In this document: piece by piece, positions 55,511 to 64,000 of the stretch | Numbering within the stretch: position 1 is the first letter of the stretch | Layout: every line of letters starts with the position of its first letter | Source: Bacteroidia bacterium | Lineage (GTDB): Bacteria; Bacteroidota; Bacteroidia; JABEUT01 | DNA: 64,000 bases | NCBI GenBank assembly: GCA_035486275.1 | Contig: DATHNG010000063.1 | Location: 32,616-96,615 of the forward strand | Reading direction: 5' to 3' | Position numbers and translations under genes: made by a program | Notes under the pieces: generated by a model | Databases searched by the model: none | What the model was told of the DNA's origin: nothing | The model's input: only the letters and a program-made list of their open reading frames with translations

Positions 55511-56947
55511 CTAGCTACTTACATTGCTTAAAAAATCAAACAACAGTCGTACACCTGTTCCTGTGCCGCCCTTTGGCTTGTAGTCGTATGGTGCGTTTAT
55601 AAATGCGGGACCAGCAATATCAAAGTGCATCCAAGGGTATGAAGTATATTTTTCAAGGAATTTACCGGCTGTAATAGCACCGGCAACTGGGCCACCAATA
55701 TTCTTCATATCAGCTATTTCAGTCTTCAAAAGATCGGCATACTCATCCCAGAAAGGAAATTCCACTAAACGTTCGAATACATTTTCTCCACTATCTTTTA
55801 ATGCTCTTTTCATTTTTTTATCTGCAGTACCCATTGCTACTATACCGTATTTACCAATGGCAGCAGCTGCTGCACCAGTAAGTGTTGCAAGGTCAATTGC
55901 CAATTCAGGCTCATATTTTTTTGCATAGCTCAAGGCATCAGCAAGTATCAACCTGCCCTCCGCATCGGCGTTCAACATTTCCACTGTCATGCCATTAAAC
56001 ATGGTAAGTATATCACCCGGTACGTATGCGTTCATTCCAGGGCGGTTATCAGTTGCAGGTACAAGTCCAACCACATACACAGGCAAATTTGCTTTTGCAA
56101 TAGCATACATAGTGCAACCTACTGCTGCACCACCTGCCATATCGCATTTCATTTCGTCCATGGAACCGGCAGTTGGTTTTAAGCTCAACCCTCCTGTATC
56201 ATACACTACTCCTTTACCAACTAATACATACGGCTTTTTATTTTTTGCATGCTTCGGCTTCCACTCCATTATAGTAAATGTAGGCGGATCAATGCTACCA
56301 AGGTTCACGCCTAACAAACCACCCATTTTTAGTGCAGTTATTTTTGCCTTGTTAAGTACTTCTACCTTGAAGCCTGCTTCTTTACCCAATTTTTCAAACT
56401 CGTGGGCAAGCTGTACTGCGTTCAAGTGATTAACCGGTTCGTTTACCAGTGAACGTGCTTTATTGGTTGCATCGGTTATTATCTGTAAGCGCTCTACGTG
56501 GTGGTTCTTAATTTTCTTACCGTGAAGATTTATTGTTTTAAGTGAGTTTGCAATTTTTTTGCTGTCTTTTTTATAATGTATGAATTGGTAATTGCTCAAC
56601 ACCATACCCTCTGCAAATGCAAGCGCGTTATCTTCATTTCCTATTGTATCGTTAATAGTTAAACTTTCCAGCTTTGTACCATTTGCCATACCGCAAACTC
56701 TTCCGCCTGCTTTACGATACGCCTCAAGCGTTAAATATTTTTCTTTCTTTTCTTCACCTATATATATCACTACCCTGCGGCTATACTGGTTAATAGCAAT
56801 AATATGTTCATCGGCGGTAATTTGTTTTTTTATAAATGCTAACTCTGCCGGAGTTAATCCGTATTTAGAAAAATCTGTTTTAACCGTTCCTATAAGAACT
56901 ACATTATCCTTAGATGATACTGTTTCAATATGCTTTAGTGCCGTCAT
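55511..56947 (-). CDS. pepA: Leucyl aminopeptidase (M17 family)
   Basis: NADAEGRLILADAL (M17 NTDAEGRL signature), VGKGVVYDTGG. Confidence 0.8.
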   Translation of the reverse strand: MTALKHIETVSSKDNVVLIGTVKTDFSKYGLTPAELAFIKKQITADEHIIAINQYSRRVVIYIGEEKKEKYLTLEAYRKAGGRVCGMANGTKLESLTINDTIGNEDNALAFAEGMVLSNYQFIHYKKDSKKIANSLKTINLHGKKIKNHHVERLQIITDATNKARSLVNEPVNHLNAVQLAHEFEKLGKEAGFKVEVLNKAKITALKMGGLLGVNLGSIDPPTFTIMEWKPKHAKNKKPYVLVGKGVVYDTGGLSLKPTAGSMDEMKCDMAGGAAVGCTMYAIAKANLPVYVVGLVPATDNRPGMNAYVPGDILTMFNGMTVEMLNADAEGRLILADALSYAKKYEPELAIDLATLTGAAAAAIGKYGIVAMGTADKKMKRALKDSGENVFERLVEFPFWDEYADLLKTEIADMKNIGGPVAGAITAGKFLEKYTSYPWMHFDIAGPAFINAPYDYKPKGGTGTGVRLLFDFLSNVSS

Positions 56948-56991
56948 GTTTATTTGTATTTTTGTTGAAACAAATGTAAGTAATTAACAAT

Positions 56992-58293
56992 ATGCCAAAA
57001 GTGCTAAAGAGAGAACAATCGGAAAAGCTGTTTCAGAAAGCTAAATCATATTTCCCTGGCGGAGTAAATTCACCGGTAAGGGCCTTTAGATCAGTTGGCG
57101 GCACACCTTTATTTATAGAGCAGGGAAAAGGTTCAAGAATTTGGGATGCCGATGGCAACGAGTATATTGACTATTGCTGTTCATGGGGTCCGCTTATATT
57201 GGGGCATTGCTATCCCTCGGTTGTAAACAAAGTTAAAAAGACGATCGACAACGGCATGTCATTCGGTGCACCAACCCGGTTGGAAAATGAGTTAGCAGAA
57301 TTAATACTCAGTAATAATTCACACCTTGAAAAAATTCGTTTTGTAAGTTCCGGTACCGAAGCAGTAATGTCTGCCATTCGTTTAGCACGCGGATATACAA
57401 AGAGAAATAAAATAATAAAGTTCGATGGTTGTTATCATGGCCATGCCGATTCACTTTTAGTAAAAGCGGGTTCAGGCCTAGCTACGTTCGGCCTTTCTTC
57501 TTCAGCGGGTATACCTGAAGCATTTGCGAAGGAAACAATAGTGCTTCCGCTGGGTGATGAAAAAGCGGTTAAGCAAGCTTTTGCAGAGTATAAAAATGAA
57601 ATTGCCTGCATTATTATAGAACCTGTGCCTGCTAACAACGGCTTGCTTCTGCAAAAGAGGCCGTTCCTTGAATTCCTGAGTGATATTTGTTCAACAAAAG
57701 GCAGCCTGCTGATTTTCGATGAGGTTATTTCAGGCTTCCGCATTGGTTTTGAAGGGGCTGCTAAATATTACAATATACAGCCCGATATCGTTACTTATGG
57801 CAAAATTATTGGTGGTGGCTTGCCTGTGGGTGCTTATGCAGCGAGCGACAAGATAATGAAACACATTTCACCTGATGGTAATGTGTACCAGGCGGGAACA
57901 TTATCAGGGAATCCTGTTGCCATGGCTGGCGGCATAGCACAATTAACCGAATGTCTTAAACCGGGTTTTTACGAAAAACTGGAAAAGAAAACCAAACGCC
58001 TTGTCAATGGAATTATGGAAGATGTATTAGATGATACGGGATTTAAGATATTCCAAATTGGCTCAATTTTCTGGCCAGCCTTCACACACAGAAAAGAAAT
58101 AACAAAATCATCTGAAATTGATGGTAAGAGTATGGAGAAATTCAAAAAACTTCATGCCGCTTTATTAGAAAGGAGAGTTTACCTGGGTCCATCCGGCTAT
58201 GAGGTAGGCTTTGTATCGGCCACACATACTGATAAAGATATAGACATTACAATAAAAGCATTTAAGGAAGCATTGGATATTGTGCTTAAATAA
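56992..58293 (+). CDS. hemL: Glutamate-1-semialdehyde 2,1-aminomutase
   Basis: FPGGVNSPVRAFRSVGG.P.F...G......D.DGN.YIDY; PLP-lysine region ...TYGKIIGGGLPVGAY. Confidence 0.9.
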   Translation: MPKVLKREQSEKLFQKAKSYFPGGVNSPVRAFRSVGGTPLFIEQGKGSRIWDADGNEYIDYCCSWGPLILGHCYPSVVNKVKKTIDNGMSFGAPTRLENELAELILSNNSHLEKIRFVSSGTEAVMSAIRLARGYTKRNKIIKFDGCYHGHADSLLVKAGSGLATFGLSSSAGIPEAFAKETIVLPLGDEKAVKQAFAEYKNEIACIIIEPVPANNGLLLQKRPFLEFLSDICSTKGSLLIFDEVISGFRIGFEGAAKYYNIQPDIVTYGKIIGGGLPVGAYAASDKIMKHISPDGNVYQAGTLSGNPVAMAGGIAQLTECLKPGFYEKLEKKTKRLVNGIMEDVLDDTGFKIFQIGSIFWPAFTHRKEITKSSEIDGKSMEKFKKLHAALLERRVYLGPSGYEVGFVSATHTDKDIDITIKAFKEALDIVLK

Positions 58294-58297
58294 ACAC

Positions 58298-59191
58298 ATG
58301 AAAAAATATGCTCTCATTGCTGTTTCGGTTTTAGTATTCTCATGTACAACAGAAAAACCAGCCAACAATTTAAGGGCCAATATCAGTACCATTTCACAGG
58401 ACGCAAAAGGTACTGTTGGTATTGCATTACTGAATTTAGAAGACGGAGACACACTCACATATAATGGGTCCTATCATTCACCTATGCAAAGTGTTTTCAA
58501 GTTTCCAATAGCAATGGCCATACTGAATAAGGTAGATAGTGGTATGCTTTCATTAGATCAGCAGATACATATAAGTAAGGAACAAATGACTCCTAAAACA
58601 TGGAGCCCGATACGGGATAAATATCCTGAGGGGAATATTGACATGAGTATACGTGATTTGCTTGGCTATGTGGTTTCGCAAAGCGATAATGTTGCCTGCG
58701 ATGTATTATTGCAAACATTAGGCGGGCCGAAACAAGTTGAGAACTACATGCACAGCATTGGGGTAAAAGACATTGCTATAATAGCTACCGAAGCTGAAAT
58801 GCACGGTGCATGGAATGTGCAATACAATAACTGGTGCACACCGCAGCAGATGATGTATCTGCTGGCTGATTTTTATAAAGGCAAGTATCTTTCACCATCA
58901 AGCACAGCATTACTTATTAAGATAATGACCGAAACAACTACCTCCATGAAAAGAATAAAAGGCCTGCTGCCTGAAGGAACGGTAGTAGCACGCAAATCGG
59001 GATCAGGGCCAACGAATGACAGCGGGCTGACCTCCGCCACAAATGATGTGGGAGTTATAACATTACCAAACGGAAAACATTTGGTATTGGCTGCGTTTGT
59101 TTCTGATTCAAAAGCAAACGATTCAATACGTGATTTGGTAATTGCAAAAATTGCTAAAGCAGCATACGACAATGCCTGCAGCAAAAAATAA
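58298..59191 (+). CDS. Class A beta-lactamase, CfxA/CblA-like (Bacteroidota subclass)
   Basis: Lipoprotein-type signal peptide; SVFK (SxxK), SQSDN (SDN), EAEMHG (omega-loop Glu), KSGSG (KTG). Blocks PKTWSP / RDLL.Y..SQSDN / KSGSG...NDVG...LP align with remembered CfxA sequence. Start moved to the internal MKKYALI. Confidence 0.8.
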   Translation: MKKYALIAVSVLVFSCTTEKPANNLRANISTISQDAKGTVGIALLNLEDGDTLTYNGSYHSPMQSVFKFPIAMAILNKVDSGMLSLDQQIHISKEQMTPKTWSPIRDKYPEGNIDMSIRDLLGYVVSQSDNVACDVLLQTLGGPKQVENYMHSIGVKDIAIIATEAEMHGAWNVQYNNWCTPQQMMYLLADFYKGKYLSPSSTALLIKIMTETTTSMKRIKGLLPEGTVVARKSGSGPTNDSGLTSATNDVGVITLPNGKHLVLAAFVSDSKANDSIRDLVIAKIAKAAYDNACSKK

Positions 59192-59206
59192 ATCAGTAAA
59201 TAATTA

Positions 59207-60493
59207 TTATCGGGCAATTATAAACTTACCCGTACTGGTTTGTTTACCCGCTGAAATAACCTGGTAAAAATATATTCCGTTACTCAGATTCGCCTCATTC
59301 AATCTCATTACACCCTGACTGTTAGTTATTGTATGTGCATCAACAGTATTGCCAAGTATGTCAATGATCTTTAGCTGACTATTCTCCGCAAGGCCTGCGT
59401 ATGATAATTGTATTGTGCCTTTCGATGGATTAGGGTAAAGTGAAATACCCTGAGCATTTTTAATAGCAGCTATGCCCAAAACAGTATCGCTTGGTGTATA
59501 TTCCCAAAAGGTAGAAGTATCTGTAAGTGCAACAGTACCTAAGCCTACATAACCTTTATTACCTATTGCAAATCCGGTTGCAGAGTATCCGCCATTTTGC
59601 GGATAGGTTGCGACCTGTGTCCAGGCATCCTTTAGAGCATCATACTGCCACATTTCATTAAGGTAAGCAGAGCCACTTACACCTTCACACACAAATGCCT
59701 TGTTGCCAATTGTAAATTCAGCCGCCATTCTTCTTGGTGCACCCGGTAAACTTGCCACCTGTTTCCATTTACCGGTAGCAATATTATACTGCCACATATC
59801 ACTCGTTCCACCGTATGTACTATCGCCATCATCTCCTGTGCCTAGGTAAATATTTCCATTAGCATAGAAACCAATCGCATTAGCTCTAGGGCCACCAGGG
59901 AAAGAATCTAATTGTGCCCAGGTTGCAGATGAAACTTTATAAACCCACCAGTCATCTAAATAGTTTACGCCATTATTATTACCTGTTCCATAATATATAG
60001 CAGTATCCTGAGGGTCAGAAACCATCACAGCATAATTTCTTCCGCCGCCGGGGAAACTTAGTATCTGTGTCCAGGTATTAGAATCAGGGCTATATCTCCA
60101 AAAATCATAATAAAAAGTACCACCGCAAACGCCACCATGCGCTGCTTTATGTTCAGCTAAAAAACAATTACTTGGATGTTCGCCACCCGATAAATATCCA
60201 TAGCCACCTAAAGATGTTGCTGCAGAGCCCATACGAACTCCTCCCATAAAAGGGGCTTGCTTCGTCCAGGTATTACTGGTTTGGTTCCATGCCCACAAGT
60301 CACCACAGTCAGTATCAATTTTTAAACCTGTAGCATAATAACCTGTGTTACCAATAACAAATCCGCAGGCACCTTCACGATCACCACCGCCAAAATTGGC
60401 TTCAGGAGTCCATGTATTTTGTGCATTTAAAATAAATGTCAATGCTACAAAAATGGAAGTCACATAAAACTTGAAAGTATTTTTATTTGCCAT
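59207..60493 (-). CDS. Secreted Kelch-like beta-propeller protein with T9SS C-terminal sorting domain
   Basis: Signal peptide; six repeats carrying a conserved Trp (NTWT.QAPF, NTWTQILSFPGGGR, ATWAQLDSFPGGPR, GKWKQVASLPGAPR, DAWTQVATYP); C-terminal ISLYPNPSKGTIQLSY...GIYFYQV...GKFIIAR CTD. Confidence 0.55.
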   Translation of the reverse strand: MANKNTFKFYVTSIFVALTFILNAQNTWTPEANFGGGDREGACGFVIGNTGYYATGLKIDTDCGDLWAWNQTSNTWTKQAPFMGGVRMGSAATSLGGYGYLSGGEHPSNCFLAEHKAAHGGVCGGTFYYDFWRYSPDSNTWTQILSFPGGGRNYAVMVSDPQDTAIYYGTGNNNGVNYLDDWWVYKVSSATWAQLDSFPGGPRANAIGFYANGNIYLGTGDDGDSTYGGTSDMWQYNIATGKWKQVASLPGAPRRMAAEFTIGNKAFVCEGVSGSAYLNEMWQYDALKDAWTQVATYPQNGGYSATGFAIGNKGYVGLGTVALTDTSTFWEYTPSDTVLGIAAIKNAQGISLYPNPSKGTIQLSYAGLAENSQLKIIDILGNTVDAHTITNSQGVMRLNEANLSNGIYFYQVISAGKQTSTGKFIIAR

Positions 60494-60574
60494 GGGCACT
60501 AATTAACTATAACAAATATAGTTTTTCTAAAATCGAAAACCAAATTTTGCAATTATTTCGTATAATTTTGCACC

Positions 60575-61207
60575 ATGAATCAACTTGAAAGGAATAAAAG
60601 TGTTTTGCTTAAATATATACCTGAAACTGCTGTGGATATTATTGCTGGTTGGATCTATAGCTTTGATTTTAAGTTAAAAATCAAAAAGGCCAGGGCATCA
60701 AAATACGGTGACTATATGCCACCGGTTAAAGGCAAAAATCACCAGATAACTATTAACCACGATCTGAATAAATACGCTTTCCTTATTACCCTTATTCATG
60801 AAATTGCCCACTTGAGTGCATGGAAGAAATTCGGTAATAACATAGCTTCTCACGGAAAAGAATGGAAACAAGAATACAGAGTTTTACTTCACCCATTTTT
60901 AAATGAAACAGTATTTCCGGCAGATATTATTGCTTCGCTAAAAGCATATATGATAGACCCGGCTGCATCGGTTTGTAATGACACCAAACTTTTCAGGGTA
61001 CTGAACAAGTATAACACAACACAAACTGACCTTCATTTATTAGAAGACCTGCCGTTAATGTCTGTTTTTGAAACAACAGGAAACGAGAAATTCATTAAAC
61101 AGAAAAAGTACCGTACACGTTATTTATGCACTAAAATAAGTACGAAGGAAGAATATCTCTTTCATGGCCTGGCACAGGTAAAGCCCGTTAAGGAATCACT
61201 TAACTAA
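60575..61207 (+). CDS. SprT-like zinc-metallopeptidase-domain protein
   Basis: LIHEIAHL HExxH motif in a SprT-like context; -7 box TAATTTTG immediately upstream. Confidence 0.4.
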   Translation: MNQLERNKSVLLKYIPETAVDIIAGWIYSFDFKLKIKKARASKYGDYMPPVKGKNHQITINHDLNKYAFLITLIHEIAHLSAWKKFGNNIASHGKEWKQEYRVLLHPFLNETVFPADIIASLKAYMIDPAASVCNDTKLFRVLNKYNTTQTDLHLLEDLPLMSVFETTGNEKFIKQKKYRTRYLCTKISTKEEYLFHGLAQVKPVKESLN

Positions 61208-62608
61208 AATACGCGCTTCCATCATTTCCATGATGGCATAACGAACACCTTCCCTTCCCAATCCTGAATCTTTGACACCACCATAAGGCATATGATCTGC
61301 ACGGAACGTTGGCATATCGTTTAATATAACACCACCCACATTCAGGTTATTAAACGCGTAATCCATTTCAGAAACTGAATTGGTAAATACACCTGCTTGC
61401 AAACCAAACTTTGAATCATTTACTTTATCAACGGCTTCTTCAATAGTCGAAAAAGAATCGATAGTTATTACAGGTCCGAATATTTCCTCGGAACATACTT
61501 TCATTTCATTCTTGGCACCAGCAATAATAGTTGGCAGATAAAAGCCGCCTTCTTTGATACCACCGCACAATACAGTTGCACCCATATCTTTTGCTTCTTC
61601 AACCCATGCCTCTACCCTATCCGCATTATCCTGGTCGATCATAACCGATACATCGGTATCTGCAAATTTCGGGTCACCATATTTTAAATTCTTAGCCCCT
61701 TCAGCAAATGCTTTAGAGAACTCTTCAAAAATATCTTTATGAACAAAGAACCGTTGTGCATGTATGCAAACCTGCCCTGAATAAGAGAATCCACCTACAA
61801 GACTTTTCTTCACCACTTCTTCTATATTTACTCCTTTGGAAATAATAACAGCTGCATTTCCACCTAACTCTAACAGCACTCTTTTTTTGCCGGCATTCTT
61901 TTTCATTTCCCAACCAACAATAGGCGAGCCTGTAAATGAAAGTACGCTAAAACGCTCGTCGGTTACCATTTTATTACCAGTGGCTCTGTCCATTGGCAAT
62001 ACAGAAAATACACCCGCAGGTAAATTTGTCTTTGCAATTATTTTGGCCAGTTCAATAGATGACAAAGGAGTAGATGATGCAGGCTTTAATACTATCGGGC
62101 ATCCTGCCGCAAGGGCAGGGGCCACTTTATGTGCCACCAGGTTAAGCGGGAAATTAAATGGCGTAATGCCTGCTATTACGCCCGATGGAAAATATTTCAC
62201 AAGGCCTTCCTTCTTATTTCCTGATGCGGTCCAGTCAAGCGAAATATATTCTTTAGGTATACGTTTGGCTTCTTCGGCAGCCACTAAAAAAGTTTGTGCC
62301 GCCCTGTCAACTTCCGCTAATGCATAGCGGATAGGCTTGCCTGATTCATAACACAATGTTTCAGATAAAACCTGCCTGTTGGCAGTAATAGAATCTGAAA
62401 TAAAACGTAATGCATTGTATTTTTCATGGGCAGGCAATTCTGCCATTTCTTTTCTGCAGGCAAGTGCAGCGTTCACCGCAACCTCATACTGCTCGTCCGA
62501 TGCCTGGTAAGTACGGGCAAAAGCATATCCTTTAAACGGATTGTACACGTCTAATACCTTAGCGCTTTTTTCAAAATTTCCGGCGATGTAAATGGGATAC
62601 TCTAACAT
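61196..62608 (-). CDS. NAD(P)-dependent aldehyde dehydrogenase-family protein
   Basis: ELGGNAAVII (Glu active-site motif), GQVCIHAQRFFV (Cys active-site motif), 470 aa. Confidence 0.75.
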   Translation of the reverse strand: MLEYPIYIAGNFEKSAKVLDVYNPFKGYAFARTYQASDEQYEVAVNAALACRKEMAELPAHEKYNALRFISDSITANRQVLSETLCYESGKPIRYALAEVDRAAQTFLVAAEEAKRIPKEYISLDWTASGNKKEGLVKYFPSGVIAGITPFNFPLNLVAHKVAPALAAGCPIVLKPASSTPLSSIELAKIIAKTNLPAGVFSVLPMDRATGNKMVTDERFSVLSFTGSPIVGWEMKKNAGKKRVLLELGGNAAVIISKGVNIEEVVKKSLVGGFSYSGQVCIHAQRFFVHKDIFEEFSKAFAEGAKNLKYGDPKFADTDVSVMIDQDNADRVEAWVEEAKDMGATVLCGGIKEGGFYLPTIIAGAKNEMKVCSEEIFGPVITIDSFSTIEEAVDKVNDSKFGLQAGVFTNSVSEMDYAFNNLNVGGVILNDMPTFRADHMPYGGVKDSGLGREGVRYAIMEMMEARILVK

Positions 62609-62639
62609 TGTTTTACAATTTAAATCCCCCTCACGGTTC

Positions 62640-62658
62640 AGAACAGAGCACCTGTTCT
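62640..62658 (-). terminator. Weak hairpin (AGAACAG-AGCAC-CTGTTCT) downstream of secG; no clear U-tract
   Basis: 7-bp stem read from the sequence. Confidence 0.25.
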
Positions 62659-62670
62659 ACTAAAATGTAA

Positions 62671-62958
62671 TTATTTTTTGGTAGGCACGCTCATATCAGC
62701 AGCCTTGTCCTTGGTGCTCGATTGTGCAGCACTTGAACTGGTACCAACGTATGAGCTGGCTAAACTAAGCACCAATAGGGCAATAGCAAGCACCCATGTT
62801 GCCTTTTCCAAAAAGTCTGTTGTTCTGCGAACGCCCAATATCTGGTTCGATCCGCCGAATGATGAAGATAGTCCTCCACCCTTTGAATCTTGTATTAGCA
62901 CTACCAATATAAGGAGTACGCAAGCGATAATTGTCAGTATCTGAAGTATGATTTCCAT
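62671..62958 (-). CDS. secG: Preprotein translocase subunit SecG
   Basis: Two TM helices with the conserved LLILVVLIQDSKGGGLSS.FGG loop. Confidence 0.8.
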   Translation of the reverse strand: MEIILQILTIIACVLLILVVLIQDSKGGGLSSSFGGSNQILGVRRTTDFLEKATWVLAIALLVLSLASSYVGTSSSAAQSSTKDKAADMSVPTKK

Positions 62959-62963
62959 GTTAT

Positions 62964-63905
62964 TTATTTATTCTTTTGTAAATCTATTTTATGCCTTATT
63001 TCTTGAATTCGGGCCGCAAAATAAGTGCTTTTTTCGGGATTTTGCAACAATAAGCTTTCATAGGCCTTTAATGCCTTGTGTAAATTGCCCTGGCCGAGGT
63101 ATATTTTAGCAAGGGTTTCACTCACCAAAGATTCGTCTTCATTTACACTTAATTTAGCCGCCTTGTTCGGTGAGAAAAACTCCGCTTTTGGCTTTGAAAT
63201 CCGGGGCTGGTTTGCCAGAAAATTGTCAATAATATCAAGGGTTTTACTGGCCGAAGTAGTTTTAGGTTTTTGAACAGGTAAATTTCTTAATTCAGGCACA
63301 ATTTTAAGCCAATCCTGGAAGCTGTGCGGGGTAATTAATGTAAGGTCAGTTTCAGGTTCGGCAGGAGGCTCAATATTTTTTATTGGTACCTCAATAATTG
63401 GTAATTCCTCAACATGTTGCTCAGTTTGTACCGCAGCAATGTTACTTAGTATCTCATTTTCGAGGAAAGTCTCCGAAACCGGGGATGTTTCCGGCTCTTT
63501 TTCAACCACTATCTCTTCCTGAACACTTATCGTAAACACCTGGTCTTTAGGCTCTTCTTTAACAACCGGCTCTGCAGATTGGTATACATAATTATATTTC
63601 TCCTCGGTAACAGGTGCCACTACTTCAACTACCACAGGTGCCTTAATTTCCTTTTCCTGAACCTTTTCAGCCTGCCTTTTAAATAAAAGATACATAGCCT
63701 TGCGGTTTGGTGCATAGGCCGATGCCAGTTTTACCCGTGTAGCCACCTCAGTATCATTATCATCGTACATCTGCTTCGCATACAAAACCTGTGCAGCCTG
63801 GAAGTATGGAAAAGAATGGACTATATCCTGCAAAGGAATTTTGCTGCCATCGCCTTGCGGTAATGCGCCTTTTGCCAGGTAGTTTATTATTTTTTCCTTG
63901 TCCAT
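62964..63905 (-). CDS. Hypothetical protein with C-terminal TPR-like motif
   Basis: C-terminal LAKIYLGQGNLHKALKAYESLLLQNPEKSTYF; minus-strand -7 box TATCTTTG at 63959-63966. Confidence 0.35.
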   Translation of the reverse strand: MDKEKIINYLAKGALPQGDGSKIPLQDIVHSFPYFQAAQVLYAKQMYDDNDTEVATRVKLASAYAPNRKAMYLLFKRQAEKVQEKEIKAPVVVEVVAPVTEEKYNYVYQSAEPVVKEEPKDQVFTISVQEEIVVEKEPETSPVSETFLENEILSNIAAVQTEQHVEELPIIEVPIKNIEPPAEPETDLTLITPHSFQDWLKIVPELRNLPVQKPKTTSASKTLDIIDNFLANQPRISKPKAEFFSPNKAAKLSVNEDESLVSETLAKIYLGQGNLHKALKAYESLLLQNPEKSTYFAARIQEIRHKIDLQKNK

Positions 63906-64000
63906 TATGAAAGCTACGCAGTTTTCTTTACTTTTGATTTCTACTTATGCGATACCTGCAAAGATACTTCTTCCTCTCAATTATAAAAGGCCAAAACATT

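Overview
The window is a 64-kb chromosomal stretch of a Bacteroidota genome, probably Sphingobacteriia/Chitinophagia-like. Evidence for that placement: at least five proteins carry C-terminal Por/T9SS sorting domains; TAnnTTTG -7 promoter boxes with short or absent leaders precede many genes; there is a CfxA-family class A beta-lactamase; GloVer tandem-repeat protein; GC is low to moderate. Coding density is high on both strands. Main blocks, in order: (1) a 5'-truncated TPR/PP2C-type phosphatase and a DUF2252 protein. (2) An 11-gene ABC-transporter-dependent glycan locus, all co-directional and tightly packed: Wzm, then Wzt with a C-terminal extension, then GT4, a Zn-ribbon SAM methyltransferase, GT9-like, four GT2, an RgpF-like protein and a GT17-like protein. 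(3) tRNA-Pro(TGG) and tRNA-Arg(TCT). (4) A cluster of T9SS cargo proteins: a GloVer repeat protein, a GH25 muramidase and a BNR-repeat protein. (5) FMN reductase, patatin and an SSF symporter. (6) A small alkyltransferase-like (ATL/MGMT-family, Cys->Ala) gene bracketed by a ~90-nt nested imperfect inverted repeat. (7) Housekeeping genes: mrp/apbC, sucAB, polA, cca, tsaC, dapD, ruvX, def, serS, rplU-rpmA, pepA, hemL and secG. (8) A YfhO-GT4-GDPD operon. (9) Two tandem TMTC-like (GT-C membrane domain plus TPR) paralogs. (10) Two signal-peptide, Cys-rich small proteins downstream of polA. (11) A collagen-like G-X-Y repeat protein beside two paralogous secreted proteins. (12) A chromosomal CfxA-like beta-lactamase. 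No CRISPR arrays, rRNAs, transposases or integrases are visible. The most unusual structures are the inverted-repeat-bracketed ATL cassette and the Cys-rich secreted pair. All functional calls rest on motif recognition by eye, not on database searches.
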